DNA from: Candidatus Delongbacteria bacterium
GTDB lineage: Bacteria; UBA4055
NCBI GenBank assembly: GCA_016937995.1
Contig: JAFGVM010000029.1
Location: 1 to 52,859, forward strand
Direction: 5' to 3'
DNA length: 52,859 nt
Below the pieces are notes generated by a model. It saw only the letters and a program-made list of their open reading frames with translations. It did not search any database and was not told the origin of the DNA. Shown piece after piece: positions 9,110-17,845 of this stretch; position 1 is the first letter of the stretch; each line of letters starts with the position of its first letter. A program made the position numbers and the translations under genes.

Positions 9110-12100
9110 ATGAACATAAATTTCTCAAAAATATTCTTCAACAATGACAGCTCGATCAAGCAGCCTGAAGTAATAGCTTCATCTATCCTACTGATAAAGG
9201 ATATGAATCAGAGTTACAGCATAAAATTATCAATGATAAAATGGCTCAAAGATAATGGACAAACTACCACATTTTTACCTGAAATAAGATCTATCTATGA
9301 CCATGCAAGAGAGATCACCGGAACAGGAGCCGGAAAAGAGATCAGGGAAGAGGATTTTATTGTTCTGATGGAAAGATGCAGTATAGAAGGTCTGCCGGAT
9401 AAATTCAGACATAAACATTACAGGAATTACAAAAAGAATCTGCTCAGATTCATAGACCAGAGAGGTTTGATCTGTGATAAAGCTATAGAAGGCAGTGTAA
9501 CTCAGGATCTCTTAAAGAATGGTCTGAATGATGAAATAATAAAAAAAATAGTGCAATATATAAATTCATACGATCTTTATTTTAAAGGTCAGATATTCGA
9601 CAAAGCAATAAAAGTTGCTGATGAGCCTGAGAATGTGTTCTCACTGAATTTCTTTAAGGAAGAAATATCCTGCAAAGAAAGAAAATTCCTAAGCGAGCTT
9701 AAAGCTGAGAAGATCGATCTTATCAGTGAAGGAAAGTATTCGTCTCTGGCAAATATATTCAAGGAAGGAAAAAAGATAGAAGTAAAATTTGAAGATATAG
9801 ACCTGTATATATCTGAAAGTCCGTTGAACGAAGCAAAGAAGATAAAGCATCTAATCCTCGACCAAATTACCAAATCAGGTTACAGTCCTGATGATTTTAC
9901 TATAGTCTGCAGTGATAAGGACCTTTATACGACACTGAACAATGTCTTTCTTTCCTTAAAAATACCTGTGTATTCATCATACTCTTATAACGGGAATGAT
10001 ATATCAACCGATATCCTCAGACTGCTGATCGCTGCTTTGGATGGTGATACTCAGAAGATAATGAACTTTTACAATCTGCATCTGGCTGAAGAACCTATAG
10101 CATTTCCTGATGTTTCCCAATATGACCTCAAAACTCTATATGGAAAGCTGATACCAAGAAAAAAGGATGATCCGGAACAGTCGGACCTTAAGCTGAATTT
10201 CAAGACCATCAGAGACAGTGGTATTCGAAAAGATAAAGAAAAAAGAATAAGAGATTTTATAAAAACTATAGATATAACTGATGATGAACTCACTGTAAAG
10301 AACGGTCTCGACAGGCTTCATTTTAAACTAAAGAAGCTCAAAGAGATCTTAAATAAACAGCTTGATCTAGATCCTTACCAGTATGAGGATATTCTAAATA
10401 AGATATTCGGAGAAAAAATAATATTTTCAGAGCTGCTTGAGTATTTATATCTGATATCCTCCAAGTCTGCTAAAATATGTCCGAACAGAGAACAGAAAGG
10501 TGTCAGGATAAATATGATGAACGAACCGGTATCAGGCAGCAGGTTCCTTATATTTTCAGGACTGACACAGGAAAATTTTCTCAAAACCGGAAATTCTATA
10601 AAATTTCTGCAGAAAGAGAATTACCAGAAGTTCTATAACGGTATTTTCGGAATTCAACCCGATGATACACTGATAGAAAATTTCAGGATATTCACTTCAG
10701 GGGATATTGAAAATGTATCTTTCTTCATACCTCAGTGGGGTGATGAGTTCATTCCTTCGACAAGGCTGGATGAAATACTGTCACTGCATGATAAGGTCAT
10801 AGCTGATATAAAGATCCTGACCGATGAGACCGGGTACGGTTTTGAAAATGCAAAGGAGCTGAAGAACAGAGAATTCAATTACGGTATAAAAGATCTGCTC
10901 AGTGATAGATCTGTTCTTAAAGACATAGAGATAAACGAGGATAGATCAGTAGAGCAGAAAGAACAGTTCTCAATTACTTTCACAGGTGAAAATATTGAAA
11001 GTAACCTTTCATCTGCTTCCAGGATAGAGACCTTCATGAGCTGTTCTGCAAAGTTCGTTCATGAACTGAATCTGCAGTATAATGAGATCGAAAGTCAAAT
11101 GCCTTATACCAAGGGTAATTTCTTCCATGATATAACCGAGAAATTCATCAGATATTACAAAGGAAAAGAACTGATAGCCGAATCTGAATTTAATAAGTTA
11201 TTAGATGAATTTTCCTACAGAAATAACATCAGCAATACAATGCTGGACTATTTCTCAGAATACTATTTCGACTCCATTGATGAAAACCATGAACGCTACA
11301 GATCTGTATTCTCAGATCTAAAATCTAAGATCCAGACATCAGGTATTGATAAACATATGGATGACTACTATACCAACCAGATGAAGAATAATCCTTTCGG
11401 CAGTCATATGTACAACAAGCAGAAGTACGGAATAATAAATTTCATTGCAAGGCTGATACTGCAGATGGGACCAACTCCTGCTGAAGTTACAAAGAGTTTT
11501 GAAACAGAGGTCAAATTCTGCGATATGGTAGTTTCAACAGAACCTCTGATAAAAATAGCTGAAGGATATATTGACTTCATGTTCGTAGATATCAAAAATA
11601 GAGTTCAGATAGTCGATATAAAATCAACAAAGAAATTCAAAGATTTTGAAGAAGAGATAGAAAATTATCAGAAGGTTCAGATACTTTTATATAGAAAGGC
11701 AGTTCTAAAGCAGATGAACGGTACCGGAGGGGTGAATTTTAACGTTACTCCCGGGTGGAGAAATCCTGAATGCGGGATACTCAAAGATGACTACTTTTCA
11801 GCAAATAATGCTTCAGGTGAGATAAGCTCTTACTATCTTTCAAATGAATCACCGTATTTTTTAAGCTGTGATGAAGAAGATTACTCAAAATTCCTCACTG
11901 TCCTTAAAAACAGGCTGAATGATCATAAGAAATTTACTTCGATAGTAAATTCGAACTGTGAATACTGTTCTTTAGGACCATCATGCCCGGATAACGAGCA
12001 GTCAAAATTTGAAAAAATACCTGGTTTTGTACCTGAGTGCAAAGAAAGTCTGCCTATACCGGAATTCCAGCATATAAGTTCAGGTCCGGACGGTAATTCC

Positions 12101-15100
12101 AGAGACTACATTCTTTTCTCAGGAGAAAAGGATAAGGCGATCAGAACTACAGACAGTGTAATAATCTCTGCAGGTGCAGGTGCAGGTAAAACAGAAGTTC
12201 TCTCATCAAAATATATACATCTATTGGTCAATGAAACTGAAACGGACATAGAAAATATCGTCTGTATAACTTTTACAAAGAAAGCTGCAGGTGAGATGCA
12301 GAACAGGATATACAGAAAGCTTGACGAAGTGATCCAGAGCAGACTGTTCGTAGCAGCTGACCTTGGAGATAATATTCAAAATTATATTCTTAGCGACAGG
12401 CAGATAGAAAAACTAAAAAAATGTAAGAATAAATTCTTTGATAAAAATCTGATATCCACATTCCATTCATTCTGCAACGATCTTATTTCAAGGTACGGAT
12501 TTTCAAGCAAGAACCTTGAAAACTATGATATCGACCAGAGCATCTCAGAAGATCATCAGGTAAAAAAAGAAATAGTAACTTACCTGAAAGAACTATATCA
12601 GAATAAATTCTCGAACGTTTTGGATAATAACGGAATATTCATAAAATGGCTAGACTCGAGACATCTTATGTACGCAGGTGATAATGAGGGTGGGTTCATA
12701 CCTGATCTTATAGGACTTTATTCAGAGATGAAGTTGAGCGGGAAAGAGCTTGTAATGTCAGAATGGGAAAAACCGGTCGATAAATATGTAAAAGAAATAG
12801 AGTTATTATATCAGAGCTCTGCTGCAGAATATCTTCAAATGAAAGAAGAAGCAATAGAACTTCTTGATTCTGAAATTAACAGAACAGATGATCAGGACGA
12901 GAAGGAGAAATTAAACGGTTTAAGGGAAAAGATCTCCAATGATGAAAAGTTCACATTCAAATCAATACTTTCAAAGAAAAAATATCCTGATGAGATATTG
13001 AGGGATCACCTTATCGAATTTGAAGCTTCAAAGCAGTTCAAATTCATAAATGGTAGCGGTATAGATCTTGATCTGAACGATGATGAATGGAATATCAAGA
13101 ATGCTTTACTGAACATTATTATCTCACTGGATGAGCATATAAGTGAATATAAAAGAATGAAAGGTGTTCTGGAACAGAACGATCTTCATCTGATGCTTCT
13201 GGAAATGATGAAGGATAAAGATCTAAGATCGGAACTGCAAAAGCAGTTCAGGCATCTTCTAGTTGATGAATTCCAGGATACGAACTGGCTGCAGGATAAG
13301 ATAATCGAAGAGTTAAGTTCAGAGAAGAATAAACTTTTTATCGTAGGGGATAAAAAACAGTCGATCTACCGATTCCAGCAGTGTGATGTACAGATCTATG
13401 AAAAATATCTGAGCAGATATAAAAAACTTACTTTCACTGATAATTTCAGATCATCGGCCGATATAGTCAATTTCAACAATGAAATATTCTCTGAGGATTC
13501 AGAAAATGTCAGAGATGAATATAAAATAATAGAAAAAGATGAGAGATCTGTAGCAAAAAAGAAGAATATTCATAAAACTCCTGTTAACTTTTTCAATATA
13601 ATCTGCCCTAAAGATATCAGGAAAGAGGACGGAGAGAAATTCAGTATCAATGAAAAGAATAAGCTGATAAAAATGTCTGAAGCTACATTCGTAGCTGAAA
13701 CTATACAGAAGAATTGTAAGGTGGATGAAGACTACGGTAAATGGGCTATTCTGATAAGAAAATACACCCACATAGGATTTATCACTGAAGCATTCAGGAA
13801 AACAGGAATTCCATATTCATTGATATTAAAGAGAGATCTTTTCAAGCTGAACGAAGTAATTGAATTTATCAATATACTCAAAGTAGGACTTGGAGTTTTA
13901 AAACCATCTGAGATAGAATTTATTGAAAACTCGGAAGAAATCTTCGATCCTCAGCTTAGATCGGATGATATTTTATCAATGATATTCAGAATATACTACA
14001 GCAGTGCATACAGAAAATATATCAGTGGCTTTGAGGATGCTGAAACAAAGCTGAGTAATATTGATACACTAATACTGAATCTTGCTGAAATGTTGTCCGA
14101 TTCAGAGAGTAATAAAGAGAAATTCCTTACTGATCTTGATATCAGCATAAGTAATAATTCTGCAGGAGTGGTGGTACATAACCCAAAAGCAGTGACCATC
14201 ATGACAGTCCATAGTGCAAAAGGACTTGAATTTGATAATCTTATCCTCGCAAATGTTGATGAATATGATAATAATATGACCGGGCTTTTCAATTATCTCA
14301 ATCAGTGGAAAAATGGAGATAATTTCATCGATTTTTCAATGTCAGGATATAAAACCGTCACAGGTGAATCAAAAGGTAATTTCTTTCTGAACGAATATAT
14401 AAAAGATATAAATAAAGAATTCTCCACAAGAGAAACAGCAAATCTGCTTTATGTTGCTCTGACCAGAGCTAAAAAGTCTCTGTCAGTGATCATTTCCACA
14501 AAAGAGAAAGAAAATGATAATAACAGTGGAAGCTCTCTTGTCTGGGCAAAGTATCTCAGGGAATACGGAGAGAACATCAATGGTCAGATACCGGGGTTTA
14601 AATTTCATCAGCTTCCTGTCACAGAATTCGACCTGAGCTCTTTCACACAGACAACTGAAAATGATAAGATACAGCACAATATTTCAATTGAGAAAGTACA
14701 TGATGTCTCTTTCAGTTTTGATAATGACCTTGATTCAGCGACCGGGATCGCCCATAAGGATGATGAACCAAAGCATGAAACAGGCAGTACATTAGCACTC
14801 GATACAGGAAATTTTATACACCTGTTTTTAAGCAAAGAGATAGATAATATATTTGATGACGGTTATGAACTGAATAAAAAACTGAATGAGTTCAAAAGAA
14901 TGAATTCCGATTCACAGGGAATAAATCTGAAAACCGCAGAGAATATGTTGAAAAACGTGATAACTGATTCAAATTTCAGATCATTATTAAAGAATGGAAA
15001 AATCCTCTGTGAAAAGAATGTCGTTCATATAACTGAAGATAGACAGACTCAGGGATATATTGACCTACTAATCCTGAATGATGATAAAGTTATCGTACTT

Positions 15101-15268
15101 GATTATAAAACCTATCTATACAATTTTCCTGAGGAAGAACTAATCAGCAAGTACAGAAAGCAGGTGGAAATATATGCGGATGCTATAAATGATATCTATC
15201 CGGGTAAAACAGTTGAAAAATATTTATATTTCATAGGAAAAGAGAAGGCGGAATTGAATAGAGTGTAG
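9110..15268 (+). CDS. Fused AddB-like nuclease + AddA-like UvrD helicase/nuclease (single-chain AddAB)
   Basis: N-half: SASRIETFMSC, GYIDF..IVDIKS, CEYCSLGPSC. C-half: AGAGAGKT, TFTKKAAGEM, STFHSFC, VDEFQDTN, VGDKKQSIYRF, TVHSAKGLEF, LYVALTRAK, GYIDLL..LDYKT. Confidence 0.85.
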   Translation: MNINFSKIFFNNDSSIKQPEVIASSILLIKDMNQSYSIKLSMIKWLKDNGQTTTFLPEIRSIYDHAREITGTGAGKEIREEDFIVLMERCSIEGLPDKFRHKHYRNYKKNLLRFIDQRGLICDKAIEGSVTQDLLKNGLNDEIIKKIVQYINSYDLYFKGQIFDKAIKVADEPENVFSLNFFKEEISCKERKFLSELKAEKIDLISEGKYSSLANIFKEGKKIEVKFEDIDLYISESPLNEAKKIKHLILDQITKSGYSPDDFTIVCSDKDLYTTLNNVFLSLKIPVYSSYSYNGNDISTDILRLLIAALDGDTQKIMNFYNLHLAEEPIAFPDVSQYDLKTLYGKLIPRKKDDPEQSDLKLNFKTIRDSGIRKDKEKRIRDFIKTIDITDDELTVKNGLDRLHFKLKKLKEILNKQLDLDPYQYEDILNKIFGEKIIFSELLEYLYLISSKSAKICPNREQKGVRINMMNEPVSGSRFLIFSGLTQENFLKTGNSIKFLQKENYQKFYNGIFGIQPDDTLIENFRIFTSGDIENVSFFIPQWGDEFIPSTRLDEILSLHDKVIADIKILTDETGYGFENAKELKNREFNYGIKDLLSDRSVLKDIEINEDRSVEQKEQFSITFTGENIESNLSSASRIETFMSCSAKFVHELNLQYNEIESQMPYTKGNFFHDITEKFIRYYKGKELIAESEFNKLLDEFSYRNNISNTMLDYFSEYYFDSIDENHERYRSVFSDLKSKIQTSGIDKHMDDYYTNQMKNNPFGSHMYNKQKYGIINFIARLILQMGPTPAEVTKSFETEVKFCDMVVSTEPLIKIAEGYIDFMFVDIKNRVQIVDIKSTKKFKDFEEEIENYQKVQILLYRKAVLKQMNGTGGVNFNVTPGWRNPECGILKDDYFSANNASGEISSYYLSNESPYFLSCDEEDYSKFLTVLKNRLNDHKKFTSIVNSNCEYCSLGPSCPDNEQSKFEKIPGFVPECKESLPIPEFQHISSGPDGNSRDYILFSGEKDKAIRTTDSVIISAGAGAGKTEVLSSKYIHLLVNETETDIENIVCITFTKKAAGEMQNRIYRKLDEVIQSRLFVAADLGDNIQNYILSDRQIEKLKKCKNKFFDKNLISTFHSFCNDLISRYGFSSKNLENYDIDQSISEDHQVKKEIVTYLKELYQNKFSNVLDNNGIFIKWLDSRHLMYAGDNEGGFIPDLIGLYSEMKLSGKELVMSEWEKPVDKYVKEIELLYQSSAAEYLQMKEEAIELLDSEINRTDDQDEKEKLNGLREKISNDEKFTFKSILSKKKYPDEILRDHLIEFEASKQFKFINGSGIDLDLNDDEWNIKNALLNIIISLDEHISEYKRMKGVLEQNDLHLMLLEMMKDKDLRSELQKQFRHLLVDEFQDTNWLQDKIIEELSSEKNKLFIVGDKKQSIYRFQQCDVQIYEKYLSRYKKLTFTDNFRSSADIVNFNNEIFSEDSENVRDEYKIIEKDERSVAKKKNIHKTPVNFFNIICPKDIRKEDGEKFSINEKNKLIKMSEATFVAETIQKNCKVDEDYGKWAILIRKYTHIGFITEAFRKTGIPYSLILKRDLFKLNEVIEFINILKVGLGVLKPSEIEFIENSEEIFDPQLRSDDILSMIFRIYYSSAYRKYISGFEDAETKLSNIDTLILNLAEMLSDSESNKEKFLTDLDISISNNSAGVVVHNPKAVTIMTVHSAKGLEFDNLILANVDEYDNNMTGLFNYLNQWKNGDNFIDFSMSGYKTVTGESKGNFFLNEYIKDINKEFSTRETANLLYVALTRAKKSLSVIISTKEKENDNNSGSSLVWAKYLREYGENINGQIPGFKFHQLPVTEFDLSSFTQTTENDKIQHNISIEKVHDVSFSFDNDLDSATGIAHKDDEPKHETGSTLALDTGNFIHLFLSKEIDNIFDDGYELNKKLNEFKRMNSDSQGINLKTAENMLKNVITDSNFRSLLKNGKILCEKNVVHITEDRQTQGYIDLLILNDDKVIVLDYKTYLYNFPEEELISKYRKQVEIYADAINDIYPGKTVEKYLYFIGKEKAELNRV

Positions 15269-15309
15269 GTTTTGGGTCTTGAGCCTTGAGTCTTGAGTCT
15301 CGGGTTGTG
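15268..15309 (+). repeat. GT-rich heptamer array (TCTTGAG family) starting at the stop codon
   Basis: gttttgggtcttgagccttgagtcttgagtctcgggttgtg; complementary to 15819-15842. Confidence 0.8.
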
Positions 15310-15322
15310 CGAAACTACAACC

Positions 15323-15398
15323 ACTTCTAACCTCTAACCTCTAACCTCTAACCTCTAACTTTTTAACCTTGCCACTTACAACTTATCACTCGTATATT
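15323..15398 (+). repeat. AC-rich heptamer arrays (TCTAACC)n and (TACAACT-like) with a promoter-like element
   Basis: acttctaacctctaacctctaacctctaacctctaact, then cttgccacttacaacttatcactc; TTGCCA-18 nt-TATATT. Confidence 0.8.
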
Positions 15399-15423
15399 GT
15401 AAAAAAAATAAAAGGAGAAAACC

Positions 15424-15765
15424 ATGTCAGATTTTAAATTTCCTGAAATGATACTCGGATTACCTGAAGCAGATATCCCGTTCAAAGGTGTAAGAGGCTG
15501 GATCTCACAGGGTCCTGACCATCAGATAGTATACATGGATATTGAACCGATAGGAGAAGTTGCAGAACATTCCCACGGGGAACAGTGGGGACTTGTTCTT
15601 GACGGTGAAATGGAGTTCACGGTTGGTGGCGTTACAAAAACATACAGAAAAGGTGATCATTACCACATTGGGGATGGTGTTCCACATGGCGCAGTATTCA
15701 AGAAACGCACCTTCGTGATGGATATGTTCAGGCAGGTTGATAGATACAAGCCGATTGATGAGTGA
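15424..15765 (+). CDS. Cupin-domain protein
   Basis: EHSHGEQWGLVLDGEM...GDHYHIGDGVPHG cupin metal motifs; AAGGAG RBS. Confidence 0.85.
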   Translation: MSDFKFPEMILGLPEADIPFKGVRGWISQGPDHQIVYMDIEPIGEVAEHSHGEQWGLVLDGEMEFTVGGVTKTYRKGDHYHIGDGVPHGAVFKKRTFVMDMFRQVDRYKPIDE

Positions 15766-15842
15766 TAAGTGGTAAGTTGTAAGTGGTAAGTTGTAAGTGA
15801 TAAGTTGTATAATTTACTACCCAAGACCCAAGACCCAAGATC
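15760..15842 (+). repeat. GT-rich (AAGTTGT/AAGTGGT) array followed by an AC-rich (ACCCAAG)3 array
   Basis: gagtgataagtggtaagttgtaagtggtaagttgtaagtgataagttgt; acccaagacccaagacccaaga. Confidence 0.85.
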
Positions 15843-15870
15843 AACGTGTTACATTTAACTAGGAATCGTT

Positions 15871-17124
15871 ATGAAAATTAAAGTAAACTCAGAAATAGGA
15901 AAGCTTGAGGGTGTGATACTTCATTCCCCTGGGCCGGAGATAGAGAATATGACCCCGAAGAATGCTGAAAGAGCTCTCTACAGTGATATTCTCAACCTGT
16001 CTGTTGCAAAGAAAGAATACAGGCAGTTCAAAGAGGTTCTTGAAAGGTTTACAAAAACTTTTCAGGTAAAAGACCTGCTGAATGATATTCTTCAAAACGA
16101 AAAAGTTAAACAAGATCTTATTTCAAAGATCTGTCACTATGAATGTAAAATTTCAAAGATAAATAAAATAATGGATCAATTCCTGGACCAGACGAATGAA
16201 GAGATAACGAGGCAGCTTATAGAAGGCCGCATAATGGAAAAAGATACTCTGACTAATTTTCTTGATAAGGACAGATATTCATTGAGACCTCTTCATAATT
16301 TTTTCTTCACCAGAGACTCGGCTGTTTCGATCTTTGATTCTGTACATATAAGCCGGATGGCTAACAAGGTGAGAGAAAGAGAATCTCAGATAATGGAAGC
16401 TGTTTTCGAACATCATCCTGAATTTCAGGCTAAAACTATAAATCCAATGAATTTTAATAATCTGGAGGATGATCTTACTTTCGAAGGTGGAGATATCCTT
16501 GTAATAGATAAGAATACTATTCTGATCGGTAACAGTGCCCGTACAACTACACAGGGCATTGATTATATCCTTCAGCAGATGAAACAGCATAAAGGTAAAA
16601 AACACATAATTGTCCAGGAATTACCGTATACTCCTGAATCTTTTATTCACCTCGATATGGTATTCACAATGCTGGATAAAGATAAATGTATGGTTTACAA
16701 ACCTTTGATCCTCGATTCGAACAGATACCTTACCATACACATTTCAATTGATAACGGAAAGGTCAGCATTTTTGAGGAGGATAATATATTATCAGCTTTG
16801 AAGAAGTTGGGACATGATCTTCAACCGATATTCTGTGGCGGACATTCTGATTCATATATCCAGGAGAGAGAGCAGTGGCATAGTGGAGCAAACTTTTTCG
16901 CTGTAGGCCCGGGCCAGGTGATCGGTTACGGCAGGAATGTTTATACTATAGAGGAAATGAATAAGAACGGTTTTGAAGTTTTAAAGGCTAAAGATATAAT
17001 CAAGGATAAAGTTAATCCTAAAAGTTACGACAAATTTGTAATCACTATCGATGGGTCAGAGCTGTCACGCGGCGGTGGTGGTTGCAGGTGTATGACGATG
17101 CCGGTGAGACGAAGGGGAGTTTAG
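15871..17124 (+). CDS. arcA: Arginine deiminase
   Basis: VNSEIGKL, NFFFTRD, FEGGD, HLDMVF, ELSRGGGGCRCMTMP (catalytic Cys). Confidence 0.93.
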   Translation: MKIKVNSEIGKLEGVILHSPGPEIENMTPKNAERALYSDILNLSVAKKEYRQFKEVLERFTKTFQVKDLLNDILQNEKVKQDLISKICHYECKISKINKIMDQFLDQTNEEITRQLIEGRIMEKDTLTNFLDKDRYSLRPLHNFFFTRDSAVSIFDSVHISRMANKVRERESQIMEAVFEHHPEFQAKTINPMNFNNLEDDLTFEGGDILVIDKNTILIGNSARTTTQGIDYILQQMKQHKGKKHIIVQELPYTPESFIHLDMVFTMLDKDKCMVYKPLILDSNRYLTIHISIDNGKVSIFEEDNILSALKKLGHDLQPIFCGGHSDSYIQEREQWHSGANFFAVGPGQVIGYGRNVYTIEEMNKNGFEVLKAKDIIKDKVNPKSYDKFVITIDGSELSRGGGGCRCMTMPVRRRGV

Positions 17125-17147
17125 GGTTGTGGGTTGTGGGTTGTGGG
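17124..17147 (+). repeat. GT-rich heptamer array (GGGTTGT)3, left arm
   Basis: Begins at the arcA stop; 17126-17147 is the exact reverse complement of 17614-17635. Confidence 0.9.
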
Positions 17148-17152
17148 TGCAC

Positions 17153-17515
17153 CTATTGACTTAGTTTTGACACAAGATTAGAAATCATTCTGTTTATAAT
17201 GTCACAATCCTTTAAAACATTTTTGTAGTTCTCTTGATTTATAAATTTAAGTCGATAAGAAAGTTCAAGTTGAGTTTCTACTTCCTGACTTGATGCTTTT
17301 GCAATAAATAAATATTGCATAAATTCTTTTTTAGATCTTCGCCCTTGTCCTTCAGCAATGTTTGAAGGAATACTTACAGATGCTCTTCTAATTTAGTTAG
17401 ACAGACCATATTTTTCTTCCTGAGGAAAATCCTTTGTAATCATATAAATACTTTCTGCAAGATCCATTGATCTTTGCCAAACTAATAATTCTCTGAATGA
17501 ATTCTTGTTGTTCAT
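17153..17515 (-). pseudogene. Four-helix-bundle protein (23S rRNA IVS / Avd-like family) with an internal TAA
   Basis: Manual translation MNNKNSFRELLVWQRSMDLAESIYMITKDFPQEEKYGLSN*IRRASVSIPSNIAEGQGRRSKKEFMQYLFIAKASSQEVETQL...KLSQ; TAA at 17393-17395 where the family has Gln; GAGGA RBS; not in the ORF track. Confidence 0.88.
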
Positions 17516-17535
17516 GCTATATCCTCATTTAAATT

Positions 17536-17579
17536 ATTAAATTCAATATAAGAATAGCAAAAGGTCAAATAGTGACCTT
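17536..17579 (-). promoter_or_regulatory. AAGGTCA-N5-TGACCTT operator/promoter block
   Basis: Homologous to 7384-7425. Confidence 0.55.
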
Positions 17580-17613
17580 CTATTGTGTTTTTTAATTTTT
17601 TTTTAATTCTTTG

Positions 17614-17650
17614 CCCACAACCCACAACCCACAACTCACAACTCACAACT
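17614..17650 (+). repeat. AC-rich heptamer array (CCCACAA/CTCACAA)5, right arm
   Basis: cccacaacccacaacccacaactcacaactcacaact. Confidence 0.9.
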
Positions 17651-17845
17651 GTTTTAATACATCAATATATTCAAATATTTATAGCTTTAAATATGCGGAT
17701 AAAATGTTCTTAAAAAAATGTTTGCATTAATATATAAAGAAATATAAATTAAATTCCTGAATTTAATATAAGTTGTGATCACTTATGAGTGTATTAGGCA
17801 CAAAAATACGATCTGAATTAATAATTAAGAAATATAGGTATGTAA

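Noticed and set aside
15268-15842. CRISPR array
   Set aside because: The repeats are 7-nt tandem units without unique spacers, and there are no cas genes; the Cys-containing nuclease in the 2052-aa ORF fits AddB rather than Cas4.
172-17515. Diversity-generating retroelement (FGE/CLec-fold gene plus Avd-like four-helix gene)
   Set aside because: No reverse transcriptase and no template/variable repeat pair differing at adenines was seen; the two genes are 16 kb apart.
17768-17786. Rex or other redox-regulator site upstream of hdrA (ataagttgtgatcacttat)
   Set aside because: Only an imperfect palindrome in very AT-rich DNA; it does not match the TTGTGAA-N4-TTCACAA spacing.
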